Below are positions 37,471-51,645 of a DNA stretch of 64,000 nucleotides, piece by piece. Numbering within the stretch: position 1 is the first letter of the stretch; each line of letters starts with the position of its first letter. This stretch comes from Hydrolagus affinis (taxonomy: Eukaryota): positions 1 through 64,000 of the forward strand of contig JAAILG010000170.1 of NCBI GenBank assembly GCA_012026655.1. Direction: 5' to 3'. The position numbers were made by a program, and so were the translations under genes. The notes below the pieces were generated by a model. It searched no databases. It had not been told where the DNA came from and saw only the letters and a list, made by a program, of their open reading frames with translations.

Positions 37471-40394
37471 GTAGAAACAAAATCATGGACTAGTTGGGGT
37501 GACTGGCCCTTTTCCAAGCTGTAAAGTTCAGTACAATTCTATGAGTCAAAGCTACATACAGCATTTTTCTCTTTTAATTAGCTGTGTTATGTGGGAGATC
37601 CAAACTTGTTGTGGTGTCTATCAAGGGGGCAAAGATATTAAGAGTCTAGTCGTCTTTCTTTATGACTGAATATATGATAAAGAAGGTGCATGGCACTGGT
37701 GGATTTCAAGCTTGTTTTCAATTCAAATGAACTGACAGGTTCTATTTATCTAGGATTGGAATTACCCATAATTTAGAGGGGATATTATTTAAAACAAACT
37801 GCACGTCAGCACCTACATAAATCAAAGCTCAGCTAGCATGGCAGGTGACGTTATTATCATTATGGATTGGGTATTTGAAATCAATGAAGGAAAAGAAACA
37901 TATTATATAGTGTTTAAATGGCCTGGTCCAGGTGCTACCCTCCTCAACAATGCTAAAGCAGTTACTATAGAACCATGGAGGGACTTAGCCCATTTCAGTG
38001 TTCAGTTTAGTGTAGATCAGAAGTGATGGGGAATTGTATTTAGCAATAGTACAAACGGTAGTTGGAACCAGAAACTGTAAAATATTTCAAAAAGGAACTA
38101 GGCATTTCCCTGTCAACATAACAAAATCAGATTTATTAGATTCAGGGATAGTTATATCAAAGGAATCTTTAGAGAAATTGGATGAGTTGACTAAATGGAC
38201 CGAAAGTCTACTTCTGCCTGAAATTGTTAGGTTGCATACGCAGGCTGATAGATTACTTGTGGCATGTATTTCCAACCTGCCTTCCATATATTCCAAGAAG
38301 TGCCCTGAATCTACTTTGGAAGATCCCCTGATCTGACAGACTTTGGACATTGATACGTGAGAACTTGATCTCCTGAAAAAATCCTTGCATTTAATGTACC
38401 CGGCAAATCACTAGTCTTTCCCAGCTAGACTCTGGGCAGACGAAACTTGAGCAGACTTGTAGAATTTCTGTGTTACAGAAGGGGAGTTAGCTTTAATTAG
38501 CTTAAAGCTACGCATTAGTTCAGGTAACAGTGACTTCTTGTGCAATTTGCATTCTCATCACTACTTCTTAGATAGCTCAAGGGCAACCTCTGTCCTGCTT
38601 TTAAAATCTTTTTGATACAAGGCTGTAGCACAGTTTACATTGCATATGAGCTTTATTTGATTGACAGTCTGGGCAGAAATATTCTCAGAACACAGGCCCC
38701 ACCTGCAGAGGTTCAGAAAAGACAGGCTGTGGAAATACAGTAGGGTGACTTGGAGAGCTGCCAGCCTGGGCTTTATCCTTCAAAACCAAGGACTTCAATT
38801 ACCATACCTCCATGGTTCTTCACTGTATATGGGACCATTCTTTCCTCTCTGTGCTAAAGAAATGACACTGCATTTGATTCATTGCACCACATCTTCTGTT
38901 CTCAAAATCTAACCTTATATTTTATGGGTGCATTCTCTGGGTTTCTTCCAAAACAACTGTGTCAAACAAGCATGGATAGAAAATAATACTGGCGAATTTA
39001 ATAGCAGTGGTACATTACTGGTCTCTGAATATTAGCGAACCCTCTTTCTAACCAAATCTGGAGTTTTGGACAGAAAAGATGTGCACTATGATTACAACGA
39101 GGCCCATTTTATGTGCTGTGACTTCCGTTTTTGATGGATTTTGACAAGTAGGATAGATTTGGGGGAAAAAAGATAGCAAGCAAACATTGATAGTGAAAAT
39201 ATGACATTTCATATCACAGCCTATAAATCTGTCATGGCATGTTGCATTTCACTCCCATTGCCCGGTGTATTTCAAATGGAAAGATAAAGGAAGCTGGCAT
39301 GATGGTGAAATGACGGGAGGAGGAAGGGAGAGACACAAAAGACAGATCCTGCAGGTTCATGGAAAAAATGGAGAATTGTGATACCTGTCCTACGAGGACA
39401 ACCGTGGCAATAAGGGCTGGTGGGGCTGAGCACATGTCTGCACCTCTAATTCTCATTGACGTGCCAGACAGGCTGATCAACCATCAGCACTGCCTTGGGC
39501 TACTGTAATCCTTCCTGTGTTTTTTTGACATAATCAGTCCCAAAGAGATCCCATTTTTTTTCCCTCCTTCTTTACAGGAAGATTTCATGTTTTGGCATGG
39601 CACTCGTTCTGTTGACCTTAAAACAAATGAAGATCTGGATAGACCTACCGAGATTTAAACTTTGTGCCTTCTGGTTCTAAGTAAACCAACTGAGAGAGTC
39701 ATGATGTTTGCAGAGCCCCTTAAGGAAATGTAGTTCAAATATTAAACATGGGCCTACCCTTACATGATTCCCATGTCCTAACACAAGTCAGGAAAAAACA
39801 TTAATTATTTCACCACACTGAACTAAAGCCTTGTAACACTAAAAGATGGAAACTGCATTTGAATAACTTGCATTAACTCAACAGATCAGCAGCACATCAA
39901 ATGTCCTTAGATATTGGATAAAGAAATAAGACTGCATAATAAATCTGGCTGCAAATGTTATAATCAAGTTTGATACCGTTCTGCTGAATGCAAGCCGCCA
40001 TTCTCCTAACCTTAATATTCCTGTCCCACAATAAAAGATTTTCCTTTCAAATAATTGTGCCAGAAACAATAGAATTAAAACATTTCAAACTGCATTCCGT
40101 AAGATTAGGGGCAAAGTTACCTGACAGGTTCAACAATTCTAAATAAATGCTTTATAATGATTTTTTAAAAAACCCTTATTAATTGTTCAGGGAATGTTTA
40201 GTCTTCCAGTTAAACAAATGCATTAAAACCCCATCCCACCCCTTTATCCCCATTTCAAGTATGAAATAATTAAGGAAAACCTTTAAGAACAGTGAAATAT
40301 GCTTGAAGTGAAACTGTTGTCCAGAAGGCTGCCTCCCCAACATGTCATTCTGTTGTGAATGATATTGAATAATCAATAATATTTTTGCGATTGA

Positions 40395-40810
40395 GAGGGA
40401 TTCTGATAGGGGTGTTTAAAATTATGAAAGGATTTATAATTTGAACCTTTGTATAATTTTAAACACTTCTATAATGGACTGACATCAATAGGCAGCTTCT
40501 ACTTGTTTGCGAATTGAAAGTAAGGGAGTGTAAATATACCATTGGTGGTAGCAAAACTAAATGGGAGTTTAGCAGAATCTTTTGATGCAGAGAGCGATGA
40601 AAATGTGGAACTCACTGCCCAAAGCTGTGGTCGAAGCAGAAAGCATCAACATATTTAAGCGGAATGTTGATGAATATATGATGGAAAAAGGAATAGAGGA
40701 GAAGGGAATAGGATGGGTGGAGATCCGTGTGCAATATAAACACCAGTACTGACTGGTTGGCTCGAATGGTCTGGTTCTGGATAACGAACCATTCAATGTA
40801 ATACTATGTC
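40395..40810 (+). mobile_element. CR1-type LINE 3' fragment
   Basis: QRAMKMWNSLPKAVVEAESINIFKRNVDEYM; tail gactggttggctcgaatggtctg. Confidence 0.85.
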
Positions 40811-40879
40811 TACTACCTTGCCTTGTAGAGTATGCCAAATATTTAGCATCTCTTTCAGTAAAGAAGGCTATTCCCGAGA

Positions 40880-41170
40880 TTTATTCTAAATTGATGTCCT
40901 CTGGTCCTAATTACTTTAAGGGATTATCAGACTGAGTTCACATTATCTGTGCTGTTAAATATTTCATACTCTTTTATTAACCCCCTCTAACCATTTTTTT
41001 ACCAGATGATAATATTTAAGATTTTGTAATGTTTCTTTATCACTCATCCGCCTTGACATTTGGAATCAGTCTTGATGATCTTTTCTGTATCTTTTCTAAT
41101 GGAAGTGTAATTTTTTTGTGTGTGTTATCCAAACGTCGACACAACTGTGGTCTGATCAGCCTTTGCATCA
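40880..41170 (-). mobile_element. CR1-type LINE ORF2 fragment, opposite orientation
   Basis: LIRPQL...LEKIQKRSSRLIPNVK resembles CR1 LVRPHL...LERVQRRATRMIP. Confidence 0.7.
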
Positions 41171-41454
41171 TCTCTGTCCATTCCGCTGTTTTAACTACAG
41201 ACATTACCAATTTATTATCTTTAGTGTAATAAGACACTAAAGGTTATAAATTGGAAGGCACTAACACTCAAGGGTTAAAAACATATAACGCACTTTAAAA
41301 AATATCAATACTTTACCACAGGCACTCAGAATTCATGTTGATTTCCATCTTGCTTATTTATAGTAGCTCTTCCTTAAGCTGTTATCAGTAGTCTTCCAGA
41401 TTCGAGAGAAAAAAATCCTTACTCTGCCGAGAGTAGGTATATCTGAACTATAGC

Positions 41455-41740
41455 AATTCTTGCATTTGGTGGAGTGCCTTATCACACTGGAACAATGTCT
41501 AAAAGCGCTTTAGGAATTACTGTGGAGTGACTGTGTATTTGTAACCAATGGGCACAACAAGGTCCCACATCAGCTATGAAATGAATGACCAATTCTATTT
41601 TGGATTGCTGGCCAGGAGACCCAGAGAGAGAATCTCCCTTCTCTTTTCAAATAGTGCCGTGGGATCTTTAACCTGTTCACTGAACATATTCGGTCACAAT
41701 TTAATCAGTCACCTTTGGGATTGTTTTTCCCAGTGAACTG
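41455..41740 (-). mobile_element. Deu-domain SINE fragment
   Basis: ctggccaggagaccc...ctcttttcaaatagtgccgtgggatctttaacctgttcactgaaca. Confidence 0.75.
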
Positions 41741-42448
41741 CCATTTCTGCTTGTGAATTGCTTCCTTTATAACAGATTTGATGGGTTCTTGCCACCTCAG
41801 GATAGGACAACCGCTGTTCACTGGCAAGTCCCATCAACATTCTTAAATGAAATGAAGTTAGTGAAGGAATGGGGTTAAGGCATGGTCAATGCTAGCATTA
41901 GGAACGTGGACAATTGTGAAGAGCAACACAACCGCTCTGAATGTCATATCACCAAATGTTGTAGTACAATGTGACAGCACATCAAAATACTTTTTTTTAA
42001 GTGCAGTCCTTCTGATTACTGTTATCTGTGCACTGATGTTGTGATATGTATTAGAAAGATGATGCTTAAACTATGAAGGCAAAATGAAACTGAAAGTGCT
42101 GGCCACGCAGTTTGACAAGCTTATATCACATGGGTTATATTGTTGCCATGCGATATGGTGGGATGCAGAGCCGTAACGCGGGACAAATGCCAAAAAATCA
42201 GCTTTGCTCACGAACGACTCTGGCACGAAGCGTGTGAATGTATATTCCTGGAGCTTCCTGAACAAAGCCAAAGCTTTCAAATTAAAGATTGGATTAAAGA
42301 GCGGCAGCTCGGAACAGCACCATTCGATTGCCATTGGGGGAAATCTGCCAGCGACTGGTAGTCCAACGCGGCTGAAGTACGGAAACCCTCCTGAGGTTAT
42401 TATACAGTCAATTCACTTTACAGTATATGTTATCAACTCGATCGAGTT

Positions 42449-42566
42449 AATAATAATAATGATAATCCTTACATTTGATATAGCGCTTTTCACGTCTTCC
42501 AGATGTCCCAAAGCGCTTCACAGAATGTACCGTAAAGTGAATTGACTGTATATTTGTGGGTGAAAC
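42449..42566 (-). mobile_element. SINE 3' fragment, preceded by an inverted piece of itself (42401-42425)
   Basis: (AAT)n, ccttacatttgatatagcgcttttcacgtc...gtaaagtgaattgactgtata. Confidence 0.88.
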
Positions 42567-45500
42567 TCAGTTAACCATCCTGAGTTGCTTTTACTCTCGA
42601 GTTGAATCTGCTAGCAAATGGTCACCATTCTACACCCAGTGGGCATTAAAAAAAATGCACCATTTAATGAGTCACAATTGTCTTATCCCCCAACAAGTCC
42701 AATCGAAACTTGTCTAACTATTGATAGCATGGATTCTTCCTTGCCCACCGCCCCCTTCCCACTCTGGATGACAGCATGGTTTAGTCCATCGGCAGCTAGA
42801 CACCAAATGCCACCATATTAATTTCTGACAACCATAATCATGGTCTATTAGCCACATGACAGAATAGTGTTCTCTCTGGTTATACCTTGTCCTAAATACC
42901 AGGTCGATGGTTTCGGTTAAAGTACCCGGCCTGCACACAACTACAAGATGACCAAAAAGACATGATACCTTTACATTGTGTAACGAGTCTTGAAGAAATT
43001 ATGATTTTTTAAAAAAGATTATCTGGTAAATATCATGACTTTATGGTCACTGTGTTTAATGATTAGATGCACTAAAAACACAGGAATTGACGTACTTGAT
43101 CTCAGTGAGTGGAAACTACGATTGCAGAGCTCATTGGAAAATAGGGAAAACAGTTCACTGTGCATAAAACCAGTGAGGCAGAAAGCATCATGGAAGCAGG
43201 AGATGGAAATCATTATGGAGGAGATCATGGCTGGGGTGTGCACATGATTCAGAGATTGCCTCAGTTGCTCTGAAGCCTATGAACGAGGAGGGAGAGGCAG
43301 CACTGGCTGCCTAGCTACTGTTTGCCGTCTCAACACATAAAATAGGCCGGAAGGTCAGAAACATTTTTAAGAGACGTGAAGAAACGACTCGAGGTAAAAA
43401 AAATGAGATTCAGTTGCCAAACAAGGAGGACAGCAGGGGGTGCCCAGCAGCTGAGGAAACTGACAGATGCTCACAAGATTGTGACTTAGAAGCTTGGTTT
43501 GCAAAGTGTAGAAGGGATGTCACTGGCTCCTTTTGGCTGCTCCCCTACCAACTCTTGTAAATGTATTCGCTCTTTCGCTTGGAGATCATCTTACTTAGAG
43601 GATTTGCGACTATAAATAGAGCAGGACAATGGTACTAGTATTGCAGTGTCGTACAGTAAATAGTTGTCAATAAACGGACATGTCCATTACTGCTAACGTT
43701 GACTACTTGTAGGTCAGGAACTCTACACAACACAATGCACCAAAATTAATAAATAATAAATTAGCAAATAAAAAGGATGACTATTCCAGGCACCAGCCAA
43801 TAACTCATAATAGCATGTCAACCAGATACAGGCCAGCAGAGGGAATAATGTTTCCACTGGTCAACGACACAACAACTTGCATCTATATAAATCAGGAAAA
43901 CGTTGAAGAGATGTGAACAAACAACTTGAGGACTTTTTTTACTCCAATGACAAGTAACTTGAACAGCTGGAGTTCCTCAGCAGCTAAGGAAGCTGACAAG
44001 ATGCTAACAAGATTGTGACTTTGAGGCACTATTTGAAAATGTAGAGGGGATGGTGATAGTACACAGTGTTATCTAACCTACCCTTTACGATGGGCAGCAC
44101 CTCAGAGCACTTGATCTGTCTCCCAGGTGGCAAAAATCCTGATTCACACTGATTGCAATGGGAGGAGAGACGTTGTTTCATCCACAGTTAGGATCCTACA
44201 GTATATATTGTTTTTCCAGTGGAGAATGGCAAATATTTTAATTGCCCTAATTTGCTGAATAGATTGTGGTTGGGTCCCACAGGACTAAAAGTCCTTGTGA
44301 GGTTTCGTTATGCGAGACTCGTACGTCAAAACAATGTTGCATTGAGCACAATGGATTGCTGTGTCTTGCAACAAAAAGTTAATTTGCAAGATTTCATACC
44401 ATGGAAAAACAATGTGCAGATCAGTTGTAACCATGAAATTAAACCGACTCCACTGAAACCTGCAGAGGTGCACAGAGGATCATTAGTTGTCCAACCACAC
44501 TGGACCCATTTTGCATCCCTGTGTTAGTGATGTAACCCAAGCTTGTGTAGTAGGATAATGGAGTGAGTGCTTCAATAACTGCACCACCAGCCTGCCCACG
44601 GAAGAATCTATCTCATCCTAACCTCCCGACGTGAAAGGCGCTATACAAATGTAATTTTGTTGTTGCTGTAGCCTGATTTAGTGCAAATGAGTGAGAATGC
44701 ATCTATCTGTTTTCTCACAGCTGTTCACCAGCAACCATTAACAAAGCATTTTCTGCACGATAAAACATTGGGTGTAGTTTATTTACTGTACCCTATAACA
44801 GTGGAGCACAAGTTTCTTGCTGACATGCCCAGCCAAGATCAATATCACCTTTATTAGTCTTTCACATATAACATGTTCAGGGTGCCATTGGGACAAATTA
44901 CAAAATAAACATTTTGTAATTAAAACTAAGTATACTGTATATAGCATAGGTTGGGGGGGGGCGGGGGGATGGAATGACAGAGATGGCAGTGAGTTTATGG
45001 TAGTATTCAACTCCATCTCAGCATTTTTACTTCAATTAATAAATCGTTCAGACTGTGCTTTTAAGGTTTAGGATGTTACCAGAACCACTTGATTGAATTA
45101 CTGTCCAAAGGTATTGTCAGCATCCGTTATACTCTTTTCACATCCAATAGGGATATTTAATTCTAGGACTGATTACTCACATTACGTAACTGACCTGCTC
45201 CCTGTCCCCTGTGATGCTGGAAGGGGTAATTTTACTGAATGGGGAACTTCCTTCCCTCATCAATTCCATACAAATGCATACACACACATATACATTCCCA
45301 ATGATTCAAACTTTTTGCTAGTTTAGCAATATGCCACAAACAGCCATGAAGGGTATGACCAATGTTACCTCTGGACTTGTTGGCCAGGACATAGATAATG
45401 GGGAACCAGGATTGGTTTCTGAAGACTTCATTAGTCATGAAATAAATTGCACATCACGCTCCAGCTGCTGTGTGCCCTCTCCAGCACTGAATCCCGATAG

Positions 45501-46049
45501 GCAAAGCACACAAGGTTTGTGTCCTGTCACCACAATCAATAATTGAGATAATGACACCAGATAGTTCTGCACAACAAGGTTCTTTGACTTGCACAGAGAT
45601 AATAAACATTGCAAGGAAGTGGCAAGTCTAATGAAACTAGACAATCCTCGTCACTTTGCTTTATGGTAAGAGGATACTGGCTCAGCAGGTGCGCATATGA
45701 ATGGCAACATGTGGCAGGGCTCTTTCGTGAGTGGAAATAACATGTGCATTATGAGCTTCTGTCTAGGGTACAGTACATATTGCCTCGCAGTGTGGATGAG
45801 AATGTCAGTAGCATCCTTGGGTGCCTAGTAACAGTCATCACCATGAAGTATCGCTCTCATCATCGCTGGCACTTTGGTCGCTGTTGAGCTCACAGTTTGG
45901 AATCAGCTAAAGAGATTCTTCCCGTTGGCTTAAACAATATTGTGCAAGAGGGAACACACAGAGGTATGATTTAATCTTAAGGCTCCACAGACTCATGGGA
46001 AAGCAGATATGTTTTCTACTTTGCGAAATACACAGCCGATGGAATGTAG

Positions 46050-46231
46050 TCACTTTAAAAAAAGTAACTCAATCCACACCTGTTTATGGGACACTGCTGT
46101 GCGTAATTGATCGCAGCGTCCCACCCACACAATACACAGGCAATCCACTTTACAATATATTCTGTCAAGCGCTTTGAGACATGTAAGTGACGTGATAAAT
46201 CTCTATATCAAATGCAAGGATTGTTATTATT
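46050..46231 (+). mobile_element. SINE 3' two-thirds
   Basis: tgtttatgggacactgctgtgcgtaattg...aagcgctttgagac...aaatgcaaggattgttatt. Confidence 0.85.
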
Positions 46232-48424
46232 GCTACGAAAATGAACACTTTGTGTAATCCACTGACCTGAGGTGATGAGCACAGATTCTTCTGCTCTGAC
46301 CCCCCGAACACTACATAAGATGGATTTTTTTTACCTCCCTAGTTTAAAATATATACTCTGGAAAAACACTGCTATAGATATTACAGTGTTGGTTCATAAT
46401 GCACAACACAGAGTAGAAAATCCCTCAATGCAATATTGTAACATTACATTTGCTTCAAAGCGATGCTTGTGTACACAATACATTTTCCAAGAGGCTCCTG
46501 GCAGGTGAATAAAAGGCATTCTTCCTGTTCAGAATGCCCGACACGTCAATCTTCCATACAGCTTGAAATAGTCAACTGCATTCTGATGCGCTCAGTCTTA
46601 TCTTTCGGTTATAAAGTGTATGCTGCTTTAAGACTGCCTGTGTGGGTGAACCGTGAGCCTTGAAAGCTCGTGCAATGGATACAATTTTAGTTTTGTAGGG
46701 CAGAGGGAGCGAGGCCAGTCACTGGGGCTCAGTTCTATGTGATTCACTACATTAATCGGCCTACAGAACAGCCAAAACCCCAGCTAACATTTTGAAGTCT
46801 GCATTAACATTTAAGTGTCAGAATCCAAAACATGGACAGATGGGGCCCTCCTTTCACTTCCAAGGTTTGAGTTTGAGTAGAGCCCAGATGCACTCAAACC
46901 AGTTGCAAGGCTTCTCCCTATTGGCCTAAGCACCCTAATTGAAATGAGTCTCAATCCAGTGTCGAGTGGGTGTGAGCTAGTTTACAAAATTGCATATACA
47001 GTACTGTAATTCTGGAGATATTGACACTCATCATGTCAGCAGCCTACCTCATAGAGCCACGCAGATCACTGGAGTGGGAAATGGAAACATGATATTGGTG
47101 CAGTGGCTGGGGTGAGGAGGGAATGTGGGTATCTTTACTGACAATCAAGGAAGCTATATGATATTCCAAAACACCTGACAATCCACACATTGGCAGGCCC
47201 TCCGAAAAATGTATTAATTTGTTCATGTGAATTAATTGTTTGGGAGGTGGGTGGAAGGTTGAAAGCATTTCTATTTCACGGACGAAAAATGCATTTCACA
47301 GTGAGGAAATTGGTCACAATTTAATAACCAATTGGTGAGCTCTCAGCGTTCAGGGGGTTAAGTTTGAGCTTTGTGTATTTTTTTCCAGACATTGTGTAGT
47401 GTGAATGCTTGAGGAAGATGATGTATTGGGTGAACAACCAGAGAGAAAGAGAGAGAGAGAAATCAATGTTAGTGCAGTGGGTTATATAAAAAAAGGTATT
47501 CTGTCAATATCAGTCAGAGGTTTTTTTGTGTATGTTTGAACATGGCACCCCTGAGGGGAACCAATTGACCTGAAAGTAAAAGTAACACTGGAGTGGAACT
47601 TTTTGTTTTTTCTTCAGTTCTCTATTCAGCATTATCAGACAATCTCAACCATGTTATGCTGTGAACCTCAAGGCTCTGTTTTCCCTGACAATGCATCTTA
47701 CACCCAAACATTCCACGCCATGCTAGCCATACGTACAAACCACCAACACTCAAGAGCGAGAAATATGCTGTAATTTGGGAAGAACAACAACTTGTATTTA
47801 TACACCGTCCTTCACGTGGGACAGCATCACTGAGCCTAAAAGAGGGGATGGAGGGAGGGGGACAAAGTGGGGGAATTGGGGAAGAGAGTTCCAAAGCTTT
47901 GGGGGCACAGTGAGTGAAAGCTGAAAGATTAAGCTGCGCTGTCACAATTGTTAAAATGAAAACACTGCTATTTTTAAAAAGCAGAAAAGAAAACCAAAAT
48001 GCGATTGATTCGGAGATGGGAAGGAGAAGAAATAGCCGATTGACATTGAATGTTAGGGCAAATTAGTCCCAAAGTAACAAAAAGGTTTTGATAGTAATTC
48101 AATAGCAAACATTTCACCTTTGTTATATTGATCCAGAAGTGGGCAGATTATGAGGCACTTACTTCTGGTTGGTTTTCCTTCATGCCAAACAGTTTGGGAG
48201 CGTGAGAAAGAGAGAGTGTGAAAGTGCAGAGAGAAAAGGGCGGGTGGGGGAAGGAGATGGAGATAGAGAGAAGGAGTTTTTTCCCTGCTTTGTTCAGTGA
48301 TGACAGAATAAAAACAACTTACAAAATGGCTACTCTAGAAATGGAACTAATAATGGTTGCTAGTGTGTTCTTGAGCTAGAGCCAGAGGAGTAAGGCGGGT
48401 GGGTGGAGGAATGGTGTGTGAGCT

Positions 48425-48590
48425 AGTTAGGGAGGTAGGGAGATGCCAGAGCATGAAATGATGTAGATGAGCGTGAGGATCTTGGTATCAATCCGTTCTG
48501 CAACAGGGAGCCAGTGAAGTCTGTAAAGGACTGGGGAGATGCGGGTGCCGAGTTTAGTTGGGGGGTGGAAGTGAAAGAAAGCCGGATAAA
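48425..48590 (-). mobile_element. L2 ORF2 internal fragment
   Basis: ISPVLYRLHWLPVAERIDTKILTLIY matches the L2 motif ITPVLxxLHWLPVxxRIxFK. Confidence 0.85.
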
Positions 48591-51432
48591 CTGCAGAGCA
48601 GGAAAACAGAAGACACAAGAGAAGCCATTATAAAACCAGGTGGAAAACTGCCAATTTGCTATTTCTCCTTTGCTCAAATAATTGCATTTTCTGTTGCATA
48701 CATCTTCAGTAACTCATTCTGTCCATTGTGCCCTGACTCATTATCTGGCCAGACAGATAAAAAATGTAAAGAAGGCAAACTTTAGGATTTTATTTAAATT
48801 TCTAAGTATCCTACCATCTTATCTCAGTCCATCAGCCCCATTACAAGTTTCAAATAGAGATGCCTGCCACACCACAAACCTCTGGCCTGCCTCCACTCTG
48901 CAATGGACCATGGAGCAGTGTTCTGAACTGGTCTCAAATGGAGCGAAGTTGAGAGTAGTTGTGCTCCATGGAAATCAATCTATTTCAAACTGGATTTATA
49001 GTCCCAGAACACTTCCGTTTAACACCCTTTTCAGCATCAAAGACAGCAGGCCTTTTGGAGACCGGATTCAAGCCTGCATCTCAGAGGAATATACATTCAG
49101 AGTGCTTCAGAGCAGCTCCAGTAATGCACTGTGCCACTCCATCTGTAATAAGCACGCAAGACCATACAAAAACATCAATAGACAGGGGACTGAATAAGTA
49201 ATTACAAGATACCCACGAGGAACAAAATACAGGAAGCAGGTACCAAATTAAGAAAGAGGCCCTTTATTTGCAAAGCGCTTCACCATTTCATACTGAGCCC
49301 TTCTTTGAACAGGCTATGTTCTTCGCTGCTTTGCACCAGTCAAATACAGTACTCTGAAAACAAAATTCCTTTTGATGGATGGCGACAGAGTTAAAGTGTC
49401 AGTTTCTCACTGCAGGACTCACTCAGCATTTTATTTGAAGTATTGTCAATAAGATTTCTCAGATATTTTTGATATATAAAAAAATCCTATTACATCCTGG
49501 CTGGTTTCTGCAATACATTCCAAGCCCCCGTGGGATAAAATGTGCTCGCAATATATTATGTCTGGGAATTAATAAGCTCCAGTGTACAGTGTATGCAAAT
49601 AATACTGACTTTTAGAAATTAAAAACAACTTTTTTATTTAGAAATATATAGTTTTTTAAGAACTTTTTTGTTTTCAAAAGAAATTTTAATTAAGTGGCAC
49701 TTATTTTGTTTAAAGAATGAATTAGTATCATAGGTGGGTGGGGGCAAAGAAAGGGGAGGAAGTGGAGAGGGAATATCAGATATTGAATTGAATCCAATGA
49801 TGTCAAGATGAATTGGCATCTGCAGGCACAACTAACAAGATCTTTGAAGGTTATTGGATAGTGACGTTGGGGTGTAAAAACAAAGCTGGTTCTTGAAAGA
49901 TTTACAAATATTGAATCCTGCCAGTAAACAATCATTCATCATGCCATCTGGCAGGAATTCCACTCTCAAATGTCGGGGAAGGTGATGCGTTAGAGCAGAA
50001 CTCTGACTGGACGTCCTGCATTGGAAATGCAGGAGTAGACTTTCGTGATTTCAGATCTCTTAAAATCCACAGCTACGGACCATCAAAACCTGTCCAAACC
50101 CCAGTCCCTTTGTTACAAAGTCCATTTTGCAGAGATTTCTTTGCAATTCTTTTGACTTTTGAAGAAGAAAGATCAAAAGAATTGGGACAGATTGATACAG
50201 TATATCTTTCATAGGTCATATCAATTGAGACCGTTCATTTGATATGACTTATGAGTTACGTCAAATGTGCATAGAGTATAAACTGCTGAACGGGGCATGG
50301 GCAAATGTACGACTTGGGCAATTATTTGATTTGTACAGAAGTTGCGATTTTACTGCATATAACATATATATATTTATATAAAATTATATACAATGCATAA
50401 AGGAGACATCTGCGAGAATGGTTCTGAGTCAGAATATAGGTAATTGTCACAGGGATAGATGTACAGAGCTGCAACGCAGAAGTGTTTCAATTTCATGCCT
50501 AAGTTGATGATTTTACTCAATTAAAAATAAACCCCACGTTTTCCACCCCTTTTAACACTGATTCGATCTGAAAGAATTCAAATACATTTTTGCAGGTATT
50601 CTGCAGTGAGGAGGTAGGTTTTGAAACCTTGTGACAGGATTTTCGGTCTTATTGAAAAAAATAAATCAGGTTGCACTGCTATAATTTAGATAAATTGGAA
50701 ATGCAAAAGGCTGTCAGAAAGGGACACTGTAATTCAGGCGCTGCAAGACAAGACAGTTTGGAACAGACATTTTGTTATGAATTATCTCAACTATGTCATG
50801 GGGCCCAGGGAATTTTAAATACTGTTAAGTGGTCAGTAAGTCCAGATAGGTTCACAGCCTCCCACAGCAGGAAATGGCAGATTGATTAATGTAAAATACA
50901 AGGAAAATAGTGTTTTAGAGCTGAATTGCTTAAACATATTGGGCTCGAGACGTGAGCAATTATAGTGGTCAATAAACTTATTATTGTGAACATAAATCAC
51001 CTGAGTGGATCTAATTCCCAAGATAAAGAATTAGTATTGCAACACTTTAAGGTATGGTAACCATGGTGTGCAGCTGAACTCCTGAGAAGCCGGCTGAGAA
51101 TCAATCGTCCCTTTGCGTTCAATTGCTGACCTTGGTCGGAAGGCATCAGATGGCTGTAAATATTAGGCTTGGCTGGTCCATAGGCCACCCGGGAATTGTG
51201 ACCAGGGCAAATTCTGGAAGCCTTATCAACAGCAATAGTGTCCAGGCAGACGCAGTGCTCCATGACGTTACCCTGTGTGAAGGGTACCATATAAATGCAA
51301 GTTGTGGGTGTGGCTGATTTAAAGAGATGGGGGTGGAGTGGGGGGGGAGGCAGAGTGACAATTAAAATGTTAACTGCAGTGTTGTGTTTGTAACATGTTC
51401 TATTGGGTATTGGCGGGTCACTTTCCTGGGAT

Positions 51433-51645
51433 TAATAATCCCTTCATAAAATTATAATAATGATAAATTGGTCACTCAATCCACGACTGTTTGTGGGACA
51501 CTGCTGTGCGCAATTGGCTGCCGCATTTCACCCACAAACTATACAGTCAATTCACCGTACAGTATACTTCATGAAGCATGAGATATTGAGACATCTCGAA
51601 GAGGTGATAAAGCACTGCATCAAATGCAGGGATTATTATGTTATT
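51433..51645 (+). mobile_element. SINE, 5'-truncated
   Basis: gactgtttgtgggacactgctgtgcgcaattggctgccgc...aaatgcagggattatt. Confidence 0.88.

Noticed and set aside
37838-38336. Novel intronic coding exons
   Set aside because: At best a highly decayed CR1-like remnant; no coherent splice structure, and too weak to list as a feature.
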